Source: Camelus dromedarius
Taxonomy: Eukaryota
Length of the DNA stretch: 64,000 nucleotides
Assembly (NCBI RefSeq): GCF_036321535.1
Contig: NC_087437.1
Span: forward strand, 86,988,001 to 87,052,000
Reading direction: 5' to 3'
The first letter of the stretch is position 1; each line of letters begins with the position of its first letter. Both the position numbers and the translations under genes were made by a program. A model generated the notes under the pieces. It ran no database searches. It was not told the DNA's origin and saw only the letters and a program-made list of their open reading frames with translations. Positions 52,049 through 64,000 of the stretch are shown here, in pieces.

Positions 52049-54677
52049 AAAAGACCAAAAGAATTCATTTGAGATGTATTAATTAAATACAATGATAGTT
52101 TAATGGAGCTAAAAAAAAATCCTAAGAAACCACATGGGTCAGTCTGTGCATTTTACATCCGAGGCCACGGAAATCCACGATGTTATGTAGTGCACAGTTA
52201 GGGCCAGAATCCACTCTGCATTTTCTGGCATCTGCTAGCTAGCTGATAGGATTTCGCCACCAACTTGCAGATATCCACTGAATGCCAACTGTATCCTGAG
52301 TACAGTGCTAGGTTCTATAGCAACATCCTCACTTTTGTAGACATCTTTACTCTTTATGAAGAACTGTTCTATTGAAACAATCAAGGCAGATATGAATCTA
52401 CTTATTTGACAGAATGAACAACTGAACCACAAACAGAAAGAGCAGCATGCCCAAGATAACAAAGAAATTCAATGACGGGCTGAACAAGAAAGAGAACTTC
52501 TGCTTTTAATTTTATGTAAATCACTCATTAAAAGCATATTATTTTTCTACCTATTCTAAACTTTTGCTATGACATTGAAGAATAGTCATCTAAAAAATTT
52601 AATCCAATTCACATTTAATTAAACACATGCAAATATTTGTCATCTATTCCTAGTAAGACACCATTTCAGAAAGGTTAATGTTCTCTTGCATTCTCTCAGA
52701 TTTTCTATCTGCTTGAGGCCTAACACTATTATAAGCAGATGTTTTTTGTTGAAAGGGCAGAGGTTGTCTGTCAACTTAAAGAATAGTGACCCAATATATG
52801 TGGGAGGTACATAAGTAAAATTTCCTTTTCTTGATATAAGCAGAATTTTTAAATCCTCCACTCAAATTGTTCAACAAATTTGAAAATATGACTGAAAAGT
52901 TTATACTCACTAATAAAATTATTATACTGGTAAGAAACATTATCTTTAAATGTATAACAGGAAATTCTTTATGTAATATACTTACTTTAAACTTTTTTCT
53001 GCCAAGAAATAATCTCTTTCCCTTGCAATAAATCAACTTGTGCTTAAATACCTATCCATCTATTATACCTTTTTCATTCTTAAAAAATTCTCATGGAAAA
53101 ATTTGAAACTTTACCTCTAAAGGGTAAAGTACTTCTGTTTTATTATTTTTGCTTATGGTAGCAAAAGCAATGATTGTAATTTGAAAGTATCACATTCCTT
53201 ACCTTGAATGTAAAACTATTAATATAACAATGTGCACATTTCTCTAATTATCTATTAGTTTGGAGACTGAGAAAGTTCAGTATACAAAAAATAAAATCCA
53301 GATAAGCAGTAGAAGGTAGATATGTTAATGTACTGCCCTTCCTTTTCTTACTCAAAAGAAGTCTTGGTCAACTTAGAATATCAAAGAACAGAGACCAGGC
53401 AAGACAGGAAACAAATTAACACTAATTCAGATTTATCCAGTTTTAAGTTTTAAAATTAAGAAAGAAAACTTTAGCTATATAGTTAAGGCTTTCTCTGTGT
53501 TGGTCAGCTATTGAAACAATACTTAACTAAGGTGGAAATGCACATGTTCAAAACCTGTCACCAAAATGACAGAATTCCAATTTCCAGGGAACCCGGTGGT
53601 ACACCTCCTTGCCAGTCAAACACTCCTAAAATTATTCATCGATTTCTACCTCAGGGTAGTAAAACCAAAGAGTGATTAAACAGTGTAAGATCTTTTAAGT
53701 AGAGGCAAACTGTCACTCTTTTTTTGTGGTCCTAGAGAAGTTTTACCCTCTTGCTGTCTTGCAGATTTTTGAACTAGTTAAGTGTGGCAGGAACTCTCAT
53801 CTTTGATTTTGTGTTCATAAATCAAAGCAGGATGATCCATGAAACTAAATTAACCCTTCAAAACGGGAGGTAGCACCTCCTCAAATCCTGCTGGATATCA
53901 CCATGGATTTACTAGGAATCAGACTTGTTCAAATAATGTTTGGATTTCATTTATTCACTTCCAGAAAACAAACATGTATTGATCTCCTAAAGTAACCTAG
54001 TCATTTTATTGTGTCCAAAGTGATAAAATTTCCAACCCTAGCTTTAAAGAGGAGATCAATTAATTCCACATGGCATTGCTGTTCTAGAAGTGGATCTTCT
54101 CACGTAAGCATGGAGTGCTGAGACACTTTACAATACAACACTTTCATCTTCACCAAGAAAGTCCCTGATTTCACTTCTTTTTCTCCCAACACTTCATGAT
54201 GTTTTCAGCATCTTATAGGAAGATCACTAGCCTGAGAAAATAAGTCTGAATTTTCATTTTTAGGAATTATTATCTGTTCCCAGGTTAGACTCTGAGCAAT
54301 AAAAAGACAGGAATTATTTCCTATTCATTTTGTAAGCCCAGTGTCTAACACATTGCCCAACACCTAGTAGTTAATGAGATACATTTTTTTAAATGAATAA
54401 TTAACTTGCAACCAATTGTCCTCTCTGGACTTCAGTTTTCTCATTTATTAAACGATGGGTATTGACTAACTTGTCTCTAAAAACTCTTCAGGCTAGATAT
54501 CCTTTAATTCTTTGTGAACCAAAATATGTAGGATTCCTAGAACTTTCTAAATAAGAAAAAAATAGAACAAAGTATCTTCACTTTTATCCCTGCTTTAAGG
54601 ATTGAAATCAGCTATTGAAATGACAAAATTACATAGGGCAACAAGACAAAGAAAGGTTCTCTTCTGACTTAAAAAAT

Positions 54678-54716
<39 letters not shown>

Positions 54717-54724
54717 CACACACA
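54678..54724. repeat. Compound (CA)n(TA)n(CA)n microsatellite
   Basis: Read directly from the sequence. Confidence 0.95.
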
Positions 54725-57616
54725 TACTTGAAAAAGAAATGGCATATTTTTGCCATTTTCAGTGTTTTCCTGTATCAGAGCAGTATGCATTCAAAGGGCA
54801 TATTGATTTAATGTTTGGGTGGATTGAAAGATAAATTGACTGCCAAACGATTTCCTGTTATTAAACTTTGATTTTAACCAATAGCATAATAAAACTAGAT
54901 TTCATTATACCCTTCCTTTTGTGTACATTTTAGATAGATAGATTGTTTAAAAGTTTGGGAATCTTATGGGAATGAATAAAAATTAAAAAATTGATATTAA
55001 TTATTCTTTTTAATTTTTTTAAAATGTAAGAGGATGTGATTTTTTTTTCTCTTTTAATGGTAAGGAAAAAGAGCACATTACTGAAAACAGAGTTTAAAAG
55101 AGAACACATTTCCCTTCTGTTAGTCTGAAATGAGCTTTTATTGGTCTTCTTCTTGTTAAACTAGCTTTTAGTTTCCCTAGTTGAAGTGCCCAGTTAGTGG
55201 GAGTATATGTGCTCATTTATTGAGCAAACTCCCAAACTTACTGAAAAATACAGAATGGGCCACAGTGAAACAAAAATGATGTCACCCTTGCCAAACATTA
55301 ATTTTCTATTGAGAAACTGTAAAAATATGAATAAAATAATAGAAGGAAGCCAAAATAATACTAATTTATAGCAAATGAATTAGAAATATTTTGGGAATCT
55401 GCTGACTCCATATTTATGAAGAGGTAACAATAAAACAGGAACTAAATACTGAGGGTCAGTGGTGGGGTAAAATAACAAACTACCAGCTTTGAAAAAGAAC
55501 AAAGAAAAAAAGTATGAAGTAGGGAGTCCTATGAGCTCTACCTGTACAACGAATAATAATCATAAAAAAGCTTCCAGATAGAATCTTGGCCTCATTCCCA
55601 AAGCACACAGCACACTCTTCCTCTAAGTTGTAATTGATGGGTTTGAGCTCTGCTGATACAGAGGACGGGTAAAGTTACCATAGTGAAAGGAAAACAAATG
55701 CACTTAGTAAACCATGGTGGCTACTGTTGAAAGAAAGTAGACAGCTTTTCAATTGCAAAGTGAATTTTGCCTCCAGTTGACTAATGTGGTTGACTTTTAA
55801 GAGAAAACATGGTCCTAATTAAGGGTTAAAAGGCTCATTTCAATTTGAATTAACTTTAAATTAAAAAAAAAGCTGTTGGTAAATAGGGCCCTTTTAGTAT
55901 TCAGACCTGAGCTCTATATACACAGGGTTATATTATCAATTCCCAGCCATAAACACAAACTAATGACCAGAACCAGCACTGACTAAACAGATGATTTCCT
56001 GGCCTTGCAATTCCAGGCCTGACAGGGTCTATTTGCCGGTACAAGGTCAAAGCAACTGTTTATTCCCAAAATGAGCTGCACTCCACAATCTTACAGGAAC
56101 TCTATTCTTTGCCATTTGAATAGAGGTACAATGCTTTGAGGCAAGGCGGAGGCTTTTCAATACACTGGAAGTGGCTACGTTCAGTCATTAAACCCTGCCT
56201 GCAATGTGCAGCATTTACAAAGTGATCAAGTGTTTCCTTCTTCTGTTCCTTCCACTGTTCAATAAAAAAAGCCTAAGGCAAAGTGCCACCATACCATTAA
56301 ACACAACAGAATCCATCACAATCTAGTGTGGCTCAAAGATAGCTTAGCAACAAGACTTTATTGTGTTTGTGGTTGTTCCATCAGATTTAGCAAGACAGGT
56401 GCCAGTAACAACACTGAAATATGTCCCATGAGTGTTCACCACCAGGAGAATGCTAAAAAAGACCCTGGTCCTAAGGAGGTTGTGTTTTGACAGCTTTTCA
56501 GTTGTCTTCAACTTTCAAGGAAGAATTATGTGTTCTCGGAGTAGCGCTAGTCGAGTTTTTCCTATTCATAATTATCAGTGCTCAGAGAATTATGAATGAG
56601 CCCCATTTGTAAAATTTACACATTCATAGGAATATGTATGCAATAGCAGGTCAATACTCAAAATGGAGAGATAGAGACAGAGAATGAAAGAGAAAATCAT
56701 TTTTATGTGACGTTACTATGGTGAACATAATATGTATAGGACCCAAATCTATACTCAGAACATATTGCAAGACAGCCTGAAAAAGCTTTTCAGAATGGTG
56801 CCAGAAGTTTTCTTTAGACCAGGAGAGCACTGGGATGTGTAAGAAAACTCTTCCTAAGAAGGGATTTTGGAGGAGGTAAATCACTTCCTCCTGTCTAAAT
56901 AAGCCATACTCTGGATTAGCATTTTCCAGGCTGCACTGGAACTCTAGCTAGAGCTTGGAGAGGTCACCAATTTGATATTCACTGTCATAAGTCAATTTTA
57001 GGAGAACAGAATTGCCATCATAGATTTGTAGCCACTCAGATTAGGAGTTCAAGATATAAGTCATGAAAATTTTGGATGCTGTTTCCAAAGATCTACTGTA
57101 TGTGAATGCACAACGAAGAACTAGGTCCTGTGCATGTTTATATACACGAAGATATGTGAGCAACACTAGTACAATATTGGTAAATTAGAAGGAACATAAT
57201 GCCTCAAATTATAAAGGTGGTTAAATTATGTTGTTCATATAATTTCATAAATAAATTATGCATACATCTATGAGACACACTATGTCTCACTCACAAAGAT
57301 GCTCATAATATTTTATGATGAAAAAGCAGGATGAAATAACGTGTTTGCAATCCTGCCTTTATTGTTTATATTGTCTTCTTGACATTATCATGTATGTAAT
57401 GAAAGCCTCAAAAATTAAACAAGAATTAGAAGCATAAAGATTGCATATACGCACACAAAAATCAAGACGTTTTAGTTAATGAACATAGTGTGTGTGTGTG
57501 TTTGTATGAGTGTAATCTGAGCTTTAGCTGCATGTCATATAAAGTGCAAAACTAAATATGTGTACTATATGTGGGGCCTAATCTGTACATCTATATTACT
57601 CTCACTCTCTTTGCCT

Positions 57617-57671
57617 ACATACACACAGACACGCCACATACACACACGCGCACACACACACACACACACAC
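57617..57671. repeat. Imperfect (CA)n microsatellite
   Basis: Read directly from the sequence. Confidence 0.9.
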
Positions 57672-60600
57672 TCACCACAGTTTTTATTAGCTCTTACTTA
57701 TCCTGGTCTAGAGGTTTCCTTTTTCTTCTCTTTCTTCTTAAAAAATGCAACATGGGGGAGAATTATGGTTGCCTGCAAATGTTGATAGCCCCACTAATGT
57801 GAATTTCACTCTTTTGATCTCAAGTATTTGTATCTTCACTTGGGAAAATTTATCAAGAAAATAGCACAATTTTTAAAATCCAGGATTTAAATGAAAACCT
57901 GAAAAGGAAGGAAAAAATATTCTGTAAACACTGCCAGACACGTTGCAAAAATATTTCCTCTCTTACTTATATTGTTAATGACTCATTTTCTAAAAAATGA
58001 AGATGGCCATTTAGAATTTTGAGGAATGATGACATTATTATATTTTCTCAAAAGCCCTTTAAATCAGCTTTATTTTTTAGATATGTTTATTTTAAAATAA
58101 TATCACTTTCTATCCTGAGGAAATACCTCTGCAACTTTCAAATGCATTCTTTAACAATTCTTACAATCCTATCATCTTTCCATTCCATTTTTATTGTTTG
58201 AAATTTATGAAGATGACTATTTGATAATGTTTGGTTAGAAAGCAAATGGACTTAAAATAAACCTATAATGTGTTATTTATACATTGAGCACTCACTTTAT
58301 GATCACAAAATATTACCAACTAGGAGAAGTTTACAATTTAAAGGTATTCAATATTTGCTTGTAGGTACTTCATGGCTAACAGCAATGTATAAGGTAACAC
58401 AGAGAAAAATGAGTTACTGTAATTCTAGGGTCTCTTTTTATTTATTCTTATGCTTTTGGTAAATATTTGCTCCAAGATAGAAAGGAGATTTATATTCAAA
58501 GTATTCTGAAATTCACTCCCAAAACATGTAAGAATGGGTTTCACAAAGAAAACATAAAAAACTGTTATAATTAAATGCTCTTGGGATCAGCAATATAGTC
58601 ATTAGCTAAAAGAATGTTGTTTCAAAAAAAAACCTTAAACCAGTCACTCATTTTGAAACAATTAAGGAAGACATGAACTTCAAAACTGTATAAAATATTA
58701 TGTTTATACATTTGAATTTCACATAAAATTAATCCCAGCCTATTCAAAAATAATTTTTCTATTTGCAAAATAATATGAAGTTTTTCAAAGAAAAATTTCT
58801 CTATAAAGTTTCATATGTGTATGTCTATTCTGAATTGTATGTCAAAAATACAAAAATATAGAATTAAGGTGGAAAGAAACTCCTCAAAGTATATAGAAGA
58901 ATCTCACAGGTAGTATTTAACAGTGTAATGAAAAGAAAATGCAACAGACTTGAGTACCTTAAAATGATCAATTTCTAAATATAGAGGAGATAAATGTTTT
59001 TTCACAGTTATGACTTTCAGCTTAGGACATTACATTTAACTTAGGAGACAGATGCAATGAAATAAAAGAACTAAAAATGTTAAATCTGTCTAAAAGGAGG
59101 AGAAAATCAAAAGGCAGAAAGAATAGGAGAAAGTATTACAGAGGAAATATTAAAATGCATTGTTTACAGTTTGCAAATATATATCACTCTTTTAGCACAA
59201 ATAATGGGACACATTAAGAGTCTGGAACAAAAGGAGGATGAACAACAGTAGAAGGACTCCTGCCATTTTTGTTCACCCGATCTGGACATTTCACATAACT
59301 CCAGGATTGTTCACCTGTGTTCAGTGTTGCTACCCTTGAAGGAGGTGTGGAGGGAGAGGGTGGGGTAGAGGGAGTGAATGAGGAAGAATGGGTGTGTGTT
59401 ACAACAGCCACATCCAGTGCGTGTGTCTGTACGTGCCTGTGTTTCTCTAATTTAGACCACAGCGTGCATTTTGCAAGTGTTTCTTCAGGGCAGAGATCAT
59501 TATATATTCCATCCACCCTTCGGAGTGTCTGTTTAAAATTCTGTTAATTGACTTGGGAAATTCATTCAGGATAATTGTTTGCCTTCTTATATTCTGCAAC
59601 ATAAGGGGTTTAGATCTGGTACATGAGGCTAGAGAGGTGAGGGGCTGGGAAGGAAATGAGACATTGATTCTTTTTGAAAAGCCAGGCAAATTGCATCACC
59701 TGTTTGTGTCACCTTCTCCAGATCCAGCTACCTGAAGAGAACATCTTACCTCTATGTAATGTAATAACTACCATTTACTGAAAATCTCCATGTCTCATAC
59801 TGCACTTGTGTTTCAGTTCTGCACTCAAAAAAGTCAAGTGAGACAGGTATTATCTAGGTTTCCTGAGGAGATGATTGAGGCTTAATAATATTAAGTGCAC
59901 TGGCTGCTTATCCCACTATTAAGTTGTAACCAGAAATTACACCCAAGTATGAGGGATTGCAAGACACAGACATGTGTTTTTGTAACCATCATCTTTTCAT
60001 CCGGTAAAATTTAAAAGTGGTAACTAATAAAGGACTGACAATGGTTCCAGCACCCTAAAATTAATGTAACAAATTTATACGGTATGACTATAAAAACCAT
60101 TACACAGATCTTAAGGGGCACAAGGAAAATTGATTACCTCATTTTTGTTGCAGTAACTGTTTGCCAATAGTAATGTTTTTCAACAATATCTTGAGCCTAT
60201 GTCTAGCAAGATGAATGGCGCTGATAGAAGGAAATTCTATTCATAACAAACAGAACATGCTTAACTGTTGTAGGTCTGCTAGAAAGATATTTGTAAGCTA
60301 GGTTTCAATGCAGTGGAATCTGCCTGTTTGCCATAGAATAGATTTCCTCCTTTCTCTGTTACCAGCTGGAACAAGGAATTTTATTGTGTAGTGGGGAAAG
60401 GCATACCATAAATAGTTTCCAATCAAAAACTAAGAGGGCTAATGCAGTTCCACTTCCTCGTGGAAAATTTATTAGTCTGTTACACATTAAGCATTCTAAG
60501 TAGCCTAGGAAAATAAAAAATTCACCTTTACATTCATATAGGTGATTTTAACTAAAAATTGCATTGTATTTGGAGTTCTTCAAAGAATCTACTGAAGAGT

Positions 60601-62089
60601 AAATACTCAGGATATCAACAAGAGTGAAAAAACAGCATCTTTCTCAGGACTTTAGGATAGATTTGATGCACTTCAGAAAAGATGCCTAGAAAAACCTTTA
60701 GCACTGTCCCCAATCTGTACATGTCACTCTGATTACATATCTGGCACAACTAAGTAACAACAGAGTTTAAAACCAATAAAATTTTTATTAATCTGGACCA
60801 GAAAATGGCACATTTAAAGTGTCTTAACATAACTTATAACCTCTGGTTCCATACCATTTTCCTTCTGAGGAACTCTTGGTTCATAGTCCTTTCAATTTAT
60901 TTGATGATCTACAGTAAGAAGCTATGTCTAAAAAGGAGAATAAATTGTGTGACTACATAAATTTAATCTCATATTCAGTAATATCTGAAATAACCCAAAC
61001 TCATAGTCTGGTTCTCATTTTTGTTTGCCTTGGTATTTAACCATCTATGTGCTTATAAAAGCGAAAAAAATTGCCACTATCTGAAATCCCTTTTTCTCCA
61101 AATTGTGCTCAACTCAGCTGACAACTGATACATATTGCCAGGAAATATAGTTACTAGACCTAGCTATAAACTAAACACCGAAGGTGTGACCCTCTTTTTA
61201 TAATACACATGTATAAAAAACATTCTACTCTTTAAAACTCAACTGCTGTTATATTACTGTGGGGTGACAGCTAAGATAACAAGCACCTAGAATGCTTGGC
61301 TCATGAAAAGTAACCAATAAATCCAATAAATGTTGAGAGAAGAATGGACGCCTTCTCCTCCTGCCCATAGCAATGTCCATTATAACATTTCCCATGCCCT
61401 ATTGCTAGGTTCAACCAACCATAAGCATCTTAGTAGACCAAATTTCCCTTTAAAGGATCAGTCTCGTGCTATGAATCAATCATGAAGTTTCATAATGAAA
61501 AAATAGGAAGACAAGAAAATTTAAAAATACATATTTATGTGTTCCATTAGGTGTTAAATGTAGAAATATATGATACATGTGATATATACATAATATAAAA
61601 TCTTACATATGTGATTAATGATAATCATAAATCATATTTTAAAACTAGAAATAAAGTAGACTAGGAGACTCCTCAGTTTCTTCTAAACACTTCTTTTAAA
61701 GAAATTCTTCAAGTATGTTTAAGCAAATATCCCCAGGATTAACAAAATATATGAGGTATATTTACTAAAGAAAGTTAATTTCCTGAATGAACATATTAAT
61801 TTAGTTTAGAAGAGAAAAGGTGTAAGTGAATTTCCAACTGAGTATAATAATAATTACAGTATGTACACCATCTAAGCTTAAAAGTGAAATCTATCATTTT
61901 CCATAATACGTACAAAGCACTAGAAGAGTTATGTGCTGTGTAAAAGACAGAAGCAAACGGCGGCAGGCAGAGCATTCGAGGGTGAAAGCCAAGAGGCAGG
62001 AAAGAGCTTTGACAGTTTATGAAAGTGAAGGAAAAGAAGTACAGCTGAAACAGAGGGTACATGGGCCTCAAAGCAGTCTGGGGGACTTG

Positions 62090-62480
62090 CAGACCAGTCA
62101 GGCCATGCAGTGCCTTCAAGGTCATATGAAGGGTTTATTTTTATATAGTAAGGGTCTTGGGAGGTCACTGAAAGGCCTTATGCCAAGGTACACCATAATC
62201 AGGTTTACATTTCAAAGAGATCATTCTTGGTCCTTTGGGGAAAATGCATTGAGCTGAGTCAAGAATGGGGCAGAAAAGACATTACTGAAATAATCCCAAT
62301 TAGAGACGATATGACATGGAAAGAAAGATAGTTATGGGCATAGAAAGAAGTGAGTTCATTTGAGGTATGTAGAAAATGTCGCTAGGTCTTGGAAAGAGTG
62401 TAGATGCAGAGCATAAGGTGGAAGAAAGCATAAAGACTGGCATCCAAGCTTTTTGTGCGAGTTACTGGGTACTATGAGTA
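62090..62480 (-). mobile_element. L2 LINE fragment
   Basis: ggccatgcagtgcctt...gggaggtcactgaaagg...tttacatttcaaagagatcattcttg...gaagaaagcataaagactggcatccaag. Confidence 0.7.
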
Positions 62481-63129
62481 GTTCCCGAGGGGGAGTGAAT
62501 GGATATATGGATAATAAAACACAAGAGTTTAATCTGAAGTATGTTACATTGAGTTAGGCAATTGGAAATGCCAAGTAAGCATTTGCTGTACTAAATTTGT
62601 GTGGTATTTACAGTATTTGTACTGCGAAGAAACAGATTCCAGTATATTCATGTCAAGGAAAATGCTGCATGTAATTTTCTCTGTCACATAGGCTTTTGTT
62701 TAATGACACCAGGTGAAGCTGGAAACCAACATGCTCAAACAACATACAGCTTTTCTATGTAAAAAGAGTACAATAAAATATTGCTGGAAAAATCTTCCAT
62801 GTTACAGAGACATTAGAAAAACACAAAGTGTCTTTGCTGAGTTGGGTGATTCTTCCGCTCAGAACATGGTGGTAATTAAACACAGAATATCAATTTTGAT
62901 TTGTTCATGAACCAGATACCTGGCTTCCCAAACAGAAAACCTGTATTCCATGGACTCCAACAACTGCCTGATTTTGCTAGCAGACATTACCTATCACCAA
63001 GCAGGAAAGGAGAAAAATTACAAGCAGATCAACAAAAATATTTCATGACTACTGGGTCAACAATTTAAAATTTAACACCAATGCTGAAAAACCAGTAGGA
63101 GATATTATTTTGATGTTCATGTTGTAATT

Positions 63130-63300
63130 GTTGAGAGTACATGCTCAGACTTCTCAGGCTCACATCTTGACTCTCCCATTTACTACCTACTAAACTGAAC
63201 AAGCTACAAGGCCTCTTCATTTCTGTTTCTTTGTGTCTATAACATGGGGATAGTAAAAGAGCCCTACTATGATTTCATAAGAATTAAATGAGAATATAAT
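63130..63300. mobile_element. MIR SINE fragment
   Basis: ctctcccatttactacc...tctgtttctttgtgtctataacatggggatagtaa...aagaattaaatgaga. Confidence 0.65.
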
Positions 63301-64000
63301 AAGCTTCAAATTCATATTAGAAATTAGTGAGTATTACTATATATTCATATAAGGAATTAAATATTTACACAATGTATACAAACATTTCTAAAATCTATGA
63401 CAAAAACCAATAGGTTTGTCAGTGTATTTGAACAATATTAAACCTCATCTGCCATTTCTAAATTTCCTACTTTTGGAAATGTATTAGGCATTCATTTCTC
63501 CTTGGAACATTATTGTAATATCCTTCCCTGTTAAAGTTATAATTTTTCAGAGTAGTCACAAAAATCTATCACAACACAGCATCCTCTTGTCGAAGTAAAT
63601 TAGTGATAGATATTTGACCAGTCCTTTGCTGTTCCCAATACTTCCAACTACCTCTTTGTGGCTCTGGAGAGTTCCGTGTATGTATTATACCTGTACAAAG
63701 TTTCATTTAACACAGACAAACCAGAGCGATGCTTTGCCCTTGGTGCCTGGTTGATTTGCCAGTCCATCCCACCACACATGACTAATGCCTTCACTCCTCT
63801 TTGAATTCCTTGTATTTACTGGTGGAAAGAGCTGAATGGGTCTCCTAAGGGGTAATTGAAAGGATTACCTCTGACTTTGTAGCTCAGCGCCCCTGTGCTT
63901 CTTTATATAGATTCACTGTTCCCACCCCCAGTACTGGCAATTTTTTATTTTTATTTTTTGGCTGCCATATGCACTTGCAAACACTTACAAACTTGGCTGA

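Noticed and set aside
1..64000. Prokaryotic-type systems (CRISPR, operons, defence loci) or a nested protein-coding gene
   Set aside because: No repeat-spacer arrays and no long ORFs. All recognisable coding sequence is explained by four EPHA3 exons.

Overview
AT-rich mammalian genomic DNA, probably camelid given a tRNA-derived SINE resembling Vic-1. The whole window lies inside the EPHA3 receptor tyrosine kinase gene on the minus strand. It contains four coding exons with canonical AG/GT ends: exon 4 (49289-49444), exon 5 (48241-48576), exon 6 (7698-7822) and exon 7 (4744-4906). Exon numbers are assigned from my recollection of the human gene. These exons encode the end of the cysteine-rich region and both fibronectin type III domains. 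The rest is intron containing decayed LTRs, L1/L2/MIR fragments, a MER2 element and microsatellites. Repeat family names come from remembered consensus sequences, not from a RepeatMasker run. I see no prokaryote-type system. The best leads are at the RNA level: (1) a 49-bp intronic inverted repeat that I cannot assign to any repeat family, whose sense-strand duplex has G-U wobbles and an A-C mismatch; (2) an exon 4+5 module that would form a stop-free, in-frame 492-nt circle if back-spliced; (3) an intron-7 read-through tail for soluble EPHA3 that appears longer than in human; (4) a NAGNAG acceptor; (5) an E-box cluster.
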